From contig JBGGMM010000212.1 of assembly GCA_041288045.1 (NCBI GenBank), forward strand, positions 1-31,088: a stretch of DNA of 31,088 nt. Reading direction: 5' to 3'. The stretch comes from Pseudobdellovibrionaceae bacterium (GTDB lineage Bacteria; Bdellovibrionota; Bdellovibrionia; Bdellovibrionales; Bdellovibrionaceae). The notes beneath the pieces are model-generated. The model ran no database searches. It had not been told where the DNA came from and saw only the letters and a program-made list of their open reading frames with translations. A program made the position numbers and the translations under genes. Shown here piece by piece: positions 26,656 through 31,088 of the stretch (the first letter of the stretch is position 1; the number at the start of each line of letters is the position of its first letter).

Positions 26656-27219
26656 TTACTCGGTGACGCGAGAAACGTAGACGCCTTCGACAGTGTCAAT
26701 GCGAAGCAAATCGCCCTGATTGATGTGCAGAGGAACGTTCACAACTAGACCTGTCTCCAGAGTGGCGTGTTTAGTGGCGCCAGTGACTCGGTCGCCTTTC
26801 ACACCTGGCTCTGTGTGAGCCACTTTCAGGTTCACAGCCTTCGGGACATCAACGGAAACTGGACGTTCGTTGTAGAACAAAACCACAACCGGAAGGTTCT
26901 CAGTTAGGTAGTTGGCAGATTCGCCAATTTCATGAGGCAAAATACACAGCTGCTCATAGCTGGACTGATTCATGAAATTATAGCCGTTGTCGTCTTTGTA
27001 GAGAAAAGTCATTTCGATGTTTTGCACATCAGGCACTTCAAAGCGTTCGCCCGATTTGAAAGTTCTCTCCAGCAATTGGCCAGTGAGCAAATTGCGCAAT
27101 TTGGTGCGAGTGAACTGATTTCCTTTTCCAGGTTTCACGTGCTGAAAATCAATGACTTGATAGGGGTTGCCCTCCACCATCACGCGAAGACCTTTATGAA
27201 AATCCGAAAGTTCGTACAT
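26656..27219 (-). CDS. efp: Translation elongation factor P
   Basis: HVKPGKG, TFKSGE, TEPGVKGD, ATLETG, VPLHINQGD. ATG at 27219 sits 6 nt after GAGGT. Confidence 0.97.
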   Translation of the reverse strand: MYELSDFHKGLRVMVEGNPYQVIDFQHVKPGKGNQFTRTKLRNLLTGQLLERTFKSGERFEVPDVQNIEMTFLYKDDNGYNFMNQSSYEQLCILPHEIGESANYLTENLPVVVLFYNERPVSVDVPKAVNLKVAHTEPGVKGDRVTGATKHATLETGLVVNVPLHINQGDLLRIDTVEGVYVSRVTE

Positions 27220-27279
27220 AGCCACACCTCATCCGTCGAGTTGAAAGAAAGCTGAAGATGCCCAAGAAGCCAAGAAAGG

Positions 27280-28095
27280 TCAACCGTTCGAGAAATCCGT
27301 GATCAGACCCTCATTGTGATCTTTAATCCTCTGCAGCAAATTTTCCAAAAGCCGTTTCTTGCGATCAAAGACGACTTTTTCTCTCGATAAAAGGGGTTGC
27401 AAGGGCATGGCCTCTTCTTCAGGGGAATGCTCTTCCAAAAGCTCAAAGCGCTTGTTGATTTCGGGGTGGCCAGGGGTTTTTGCATTGAGCTCCATCAGGG
27501 CCGATCGAGCCTTTTCCAAATTATTTCGCACAATCAGCGCATCGACGAAGGACAGCTTTCGCTCCAATTCATTGGCGCTCAAAGCTGGAGCTGCAGGAGT
27601 GGGATTTTCTTTGGCTTGCGGAGCTTTTTCCGCTTTGTTTTTAGGGCCCGAGTACTCAAAGAGATCCTCTTCGTACTCATCGGCGCTCAGGCTTTCCAAT
27701 TTTTGAACTGCGTTGCGGGCCTTTTCGCTTTGTGGGTTCAAAAAAAGAACCCGCTTGAAAGCTTTCAAAGCTTCTTTCGGCTGACTGGTCTGCAAATACA
27801 ATGTTCCAAGCAGGTGCAAAGCCAAAAGATTTTCGGCATCTAGCTCGCAGGCTTTTTGCAAAATCGGCAGAGCTTCGCGGAACCGGCCCTGATCCAAAAG
27901 CAGTCGTCCAAGGGCGACGTAGCCGCCCACATACTCAGGATGACGCCGAATTCCATTTGCCGCCACTGTTTCTGCTTGGGGGAAATCACCGGATTCGCGC
28001 AAAGCTTCCGCAAGAGGCGCGAAAATTTTGGAATTGGGATCTTTTTGCAAAATGCGATGGTACTCTTCAATCGCTTTCGCTGGAATTTTAGCCAT
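27280..28095 (-). CDS. Tetratricopeptide repeat protein
   Basis: Consecutive TPR-like units (FAPLAEALRESGDFPQA, YVALGRLLLDQGRFREA, LHLLGTLYLQTSQPKEALKAFKRVLFLNP). Start uncertain (28095 or 28125). Confidence 0.85.
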   Translation of the reverse strand: MAKIPAKAIEEYHRILQKDPNSKIFAPLAEALRESGDFPQAETVAANGIRRHPEYVGGYVALGRLLLDQGRFREALPILQKACELDAENLLALHLLGTLYLQTSQPKEALKAFKRVLFLNPQSEKARNAVQKLESLSADEYEEDLFEYSGPKNKAEKAPQAKENPTPAAPALSANELERKLSFVDALIVRNNLEKARSALMELNAKTPGHPEINKRFELLEEHSPEEEAMPLQPLLSREKVVFDRKKRLLENLLQRIKDHNEGLITDFSNG

Positions 28096-28139
28096 ACTTG
28101 ATCTTTGCATTCCTGGCTGCGGCATGCAAGCATTCGGAG

Positions 28140-28664
28140 ATGATCATTCTCGGCATCGACCCGGGTTCCAGGATCACGGGTTTTGGAGTCATTCAAGTCT
28201 CAGGTCATGGTGCTCACACTCGCATTCAGCACATCAATCATGGCGTGATCCTGATGAAACCCACCGATCCTTTTCCTTTGCGAATGAAGGAAATTGGCGA
28301 GGGCATGCAACTGATTCTTCGCAAATACAAACCGGCGCAAGTGGCAATTGAAAAGATCTTTTTGGGTCGCAATGCCGACAGTGCTTTTAAGCTGGGACAT
28401 GCGCGGGGAGTGGCGCTTTATGAGTCGGCCCGATTCGGCTGCGAAGTTTTTGAATACGCCACTCGTTTGGTGAAAAAGGGAATCACCGGTCGCGGGGGGG
28501 CGAGCAAAGAAGAAGTGCAGGCCAGCCTTGAAAAACTGCTGAATCTCAAAGCAATTTCTCGCATTGACGCCTCGGATGCATTGGCGCTGGCGACTTTCCA
28601 CGCTTTTCGGATCACGAATCCCTTGCTTCGAAAGGCCGGTCGCAGTCAAAATCTAGATCTGTAA
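28140..28664 (+). CDS. ruvC: Holliday junction resolvase RuvC
   Basis: MIILGIDPGSRITGFG, AIEKIF, SAFKLGHARG, DASDALA; start corrected to ATG 28140. Confidence 0.96.
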   Translation: MIILGIDPGSRITGFGVIQVSGHGAHTRIQHINHGVILMKPTDPFPLRMKEIGEGMQLILRKYKPAQVAIEKIFLGRNADSAFKLGHARGVALYESARFGCEVFEYATRLVKKGITGRGGASKEEVQASLEKLLNLKAISRIDASDALALATFHAFRITNPLLRKAGRSQNLDL

Positions 28665-28679
28665 ATCAAAGGGGCCTTC

Positions 28680-29312
28680 ATGATTGCTCAGCTCAAAGGT
28701 TTTATTCTCGAAGTCACACCAGAACATGCCGTTTTGGATGTCAACGGTGTTGGCTACGAGCTCGTTTGTTCGCTGAACACTTTGGCTGAATTGCAGGCGG
28801 ATTTGATGGGCGGGACGGGAGCCACTGCCAAGCCCTCAAAACCTGTTCAGGTTTACACTTACACGCATGTGCGTGAGGATGTTCTGCAGCTTTTTGGATT
28901 TGCCACGAAAACGGAAAAGCAACTTTTCACCACACTTCTCAAAGTCAATGGCATCGGCCCTAAGATGGCCATCAATATTCTCTCAGGCGCCAGTGTGGAT
29001 CAGATTCTGGTGATGATTGAAGCTGAGGATGTGAAAGCTCTTTCGAAACTTCCGAAAGTTGGCAAGAAAACCGCTGAGCAGATGGTTTTGACACTTAAAG
29101 GAAAATTGGTGATTCACGAGCCAGAGGCCGCGCAGAAAAAAACTTCGGCGACTGGCAAGCAACTTTCTCTTTCTCATTCGGAAATTCATTCGGCTCTGGT
29201 GAATTTGGGATTTCGACCGCAGGATGTGGACAAAGTGGTTTCACAGCTTCCCAAGGAAATTGATTTGCAAGAGGGAATCCGCCAAGGCCTCTCGGCCCTG
29301 AGCGGAGCTTAA
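28680..29312 (+). CDS. ruvA: Holliday junction branch migration protein RuvA
   Basis: MIAQLKG, DVNGVGYE, HVRED, VNGIGPK, VGKKTAE, ALVNLGF. Confidence 0.97.
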   Translation: MIAQLKGFILEVTPEHAVLDVNGVGYELVCSLNTLAELQADLMGGTGATAKPSKPVQVYTYTHVREDVLQLFGFATKTEKQLFTTLLKVNGIGPKMAINILSGASVDQILVMIEAEDVKALSKLPKVGKKTAEQMVLTLKGKLVIHEPEAAQKKTSATGKQLSLSHSEIHSALVNLGFRPQDVDKVVSQLPKEIDLQEGIRQGLSALSGA

Positions 29313-29324
29313 GGAGACGGATCC

Positions 29325-30371
29325 ATGGCTATTTTTGAAAGCGAAGATTTTAAAGACGAAGAAACCCTCACGGCGGAAAAAAATTCCCGCGAGATGCTTT
29401 CCAAACAGCCACTGGAGGGGGAGAGCTCCTGGGAAAATGTGTTGCGGCCTTCTTCTTTTGATGAATTTCCGGGGCAAGACCAAGTCAAAGAAAAGCTCAA
29501 AGTTTTCGTGCAAGCAGCAAAAAGTCGCTCGGAGCCTTTGGATCACGTGCTTTTGTCGGGCCCTCCGGGGTTGGGAAAGACGACTCTGGCGAAAATCATT
29601 GCCAATGATTTGGGTGTGGATTGCAAAATCACTTCGGCGCCTGCTTTGGATAAAAAAGGGGATCTCGCTGCACTTTTGACTTCGCTGAAACCTTTCTCTG
29701 TGCTTTTCATTGATGAGATTCATCGCTTGAGCCGTGTGGTGGAAGAGTATCTTTACACGGCCATGGAAGATTATTACCTCGACATCGTCACTGGCGAAGG
29801 CTTGGGTGCTCGCTCGATGAAATTTCAACTGGTTCCTTTTACTTTGGTCGGAGCGACGACACGAGCCGGGCTTTTGAATGCACCTTTCCGAGATCGCTTC
29901 GGGATCACAGAGCGACTGAATTTCTACGATAAAAAATCACTGCAGCAGATTCTCACTCGTTCCGCTGAGATTTTGAAAATTGCGGCCAGCAGTGATGGTC
30001 TGCACGAAGTGGCGAAGCGTTCGCGTGGGACTCCGCGGATTGCCAACCGGCTTTTGAAGCGTGTCCGTGACTATGCGCAAGTCAAAGGCACCGGCATCAT
30101 CAACGAAGAAATTGCGCACTACGCGCTTGATCAGTTGGGAGTCGATCAATTGGGGCTTGACCCCATGGATCGTCGCATTTTGGAACTCATCGAAACCCGC
30201 TTCCAGGGCGGGCCTGTAGGGATCGAAACCATCGCTGCCGCTTTATCTGAAGAGAGCGACACGATTGAAGAAGTGTATGAGCCTTTCCTGATTCAGGAAG
30301 GACTTTTGCATAAAACCCAAAGGGGGCGAGTGATCACGGAGCTTGCCAAAAAGCATATCGCCCCCAAATAG
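29325..30371 (+). CDS. ruvB: Holliday junction branch migration ATPase RuvB
   Basis: [49 protein letters not shown]. Confidence 0.98.
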   Translation: MAIFESEDFKDEETLTAEKNSREMLSKQPLEGESSWENVLRPSSFDEFPGQDQVKEKLKVFVQAAKSRSEPLDHVLLSGPPGLGKTTLAKIIANDLGVDCKITSAPALDKKGDLAALLTSLKPFSVLFIDEIHRLSRVVEEYLYTAMEDYYLDIVTGEGLGARSMKFQLVPFTLVGATTRAGLLNAPFRDRFGITERLNFYDKKSLQQILTRSAEILKIAASSDGLHEVAKRSRGTPRIANRLLKRVRDYAQVKGTGIINEEIAHYALDQLGVDQLGLDPMDRRILELIETRFQGGPVGIETIAAALSEESDTIEEVYEPFLIQEGLLHKTQRGRVITELAKKHIAPK

Positions 30372-30381
30372 GGGGTTTTCC

Positions 30382-30906
30382 GTGTTTGATTTAGATGTTC
30401 CTGTATGGGAGCTCGTTTTCCGAGTTGTGGTTATCTATTTTTTTGTTCTGGCGGGGCTAAGACTTTCCGGGAAAAAACAAATCGGTGAAATGGCGCCCTT
30501 TGATTTGGTCGTGCTTTTGATTCTCAGTGAGACTGTGCAGAACGCGATGACAGATGGGGAGAATTCGCTGTTGGGGGGAATGATTTTGGCGGGTTCTCTT
30601 TTAGCAATCAATCACTTGGTCGCAGCAGTCACTTTCAAAAGCAAAATGCTAGAAGAGCTCGCCGACGGAAAGCCGCAAATCCTGATTCACCAGGGAAAAG
30701 TCGATCACCGAGTCGCCAAGCGAGAAAAAATCACTCACGACGAAATCCTCGAAACTTTGCGCGGGAAAAATATTTTCAATATTTTGGATGTTGAGTACGC
30801 AATTCTGGAAACCAACGGGACTCTGTCGGTGAAGAAAACGCAGAAGGCGGAGAAGAAAAACCAGGACCAGCAGGATTCGCCAGAGACAATTGACCGGGCG
30901 ACTTAG
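30382..30906 (+). CDS. DUF421 / YetF-like membrane protein
   Basis: RLSGKKQIGEMAPFDLVVLL, GKPQILIHQGK, AILETNGTLSV; GTG start at 30382 avoids overlap with ruvB. Confidence 0.88.
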   Translation: MFDLDVPVWELVFRVVVIYFFVLAGLRLSGKKQIGEMAPFDLVVLLILSETVQNAMTDGENSLLGGMILAGSLLAINHLVAAVTFKSKMLEELADGKPQILIHQGKVDHRVAKREKITHDEILETLRGKNIFNILDVEYAILETNGTLSVKKTQKAEKKNQDQQDSPETIDRAT

Positions 30907-31088
30907 GGTACTAGGTCCTGTTTCTGTGAACGGGGAGTCGTTGGAAAACTGATCACAAAAGCTTAGGAAAGTATTCAAGGCATTGTTTATGACCAGGTTC
31001 TAAGCTCTAAATGGAAATCTGGTGCCCAGGTGGGATTTGGTTTTGGACCACCTGTTAAAAGAATGCTACAAGGCCGATATGAGAATTT

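Noticed and set aside
29325..29393. Acidic N-terminal extension on RuvB
   Set aside because: RuvB N-termini vary and an alternative Met exists, so this is not evidence of novelty.
1..31088. CRISPR array, rRNA, complete tRNA, integrase or transposase
   Set aside because: No regularly spaced direct repeats, cloverleaf or recombinase/transposase motifs were seen by eye. ruvC here is the housekeeping resolvase within ruvCAB.

Overview
Gene-dense bacterial chromosomal window. Gene content and protein style suggest a deltaproteobacterial-type organism, probably Bdellovibrionota (inference only). From left to right: the 3' part of an AT-rich HNH endonuclease gene; a minus-strand perR/fur-ahpC-ahpD-pepN run with a perfect Per/Fur-type box; a structured intergenic segment; a ~7 kb accessory cluster (5237-12324); a long inverted-repeat element; a TetR-SDR pair with tandem operators; a prpD-prpB-prpC-phoD operon; a hypothetical-tamB-Omp85 (about 7 POTRA) operon; efp; a TPR protein; ruvCAB; and a DUF421 gene. 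The accessory cluster is the best candidate for an undescribed system. It holds a divergent C39-like cysteine peptidase, then a tightly packed operon encoding an ATP-grasp ligase fused to a PLP fold-III decarboxylase, a transglutaminase-like Cys-His-Asp protein, a urea-transporter-family channel with altered filter motifs, a TorF-like outer-membrane barrel and a BPL-N/class I glutamine-amidotransferase-like lipoprotein. A paralogous lipoprotein follows after a 144-nt gap. A possible sigma-54 promoter lies upstream. All calls come from reading motifs by eye; no searches were run.
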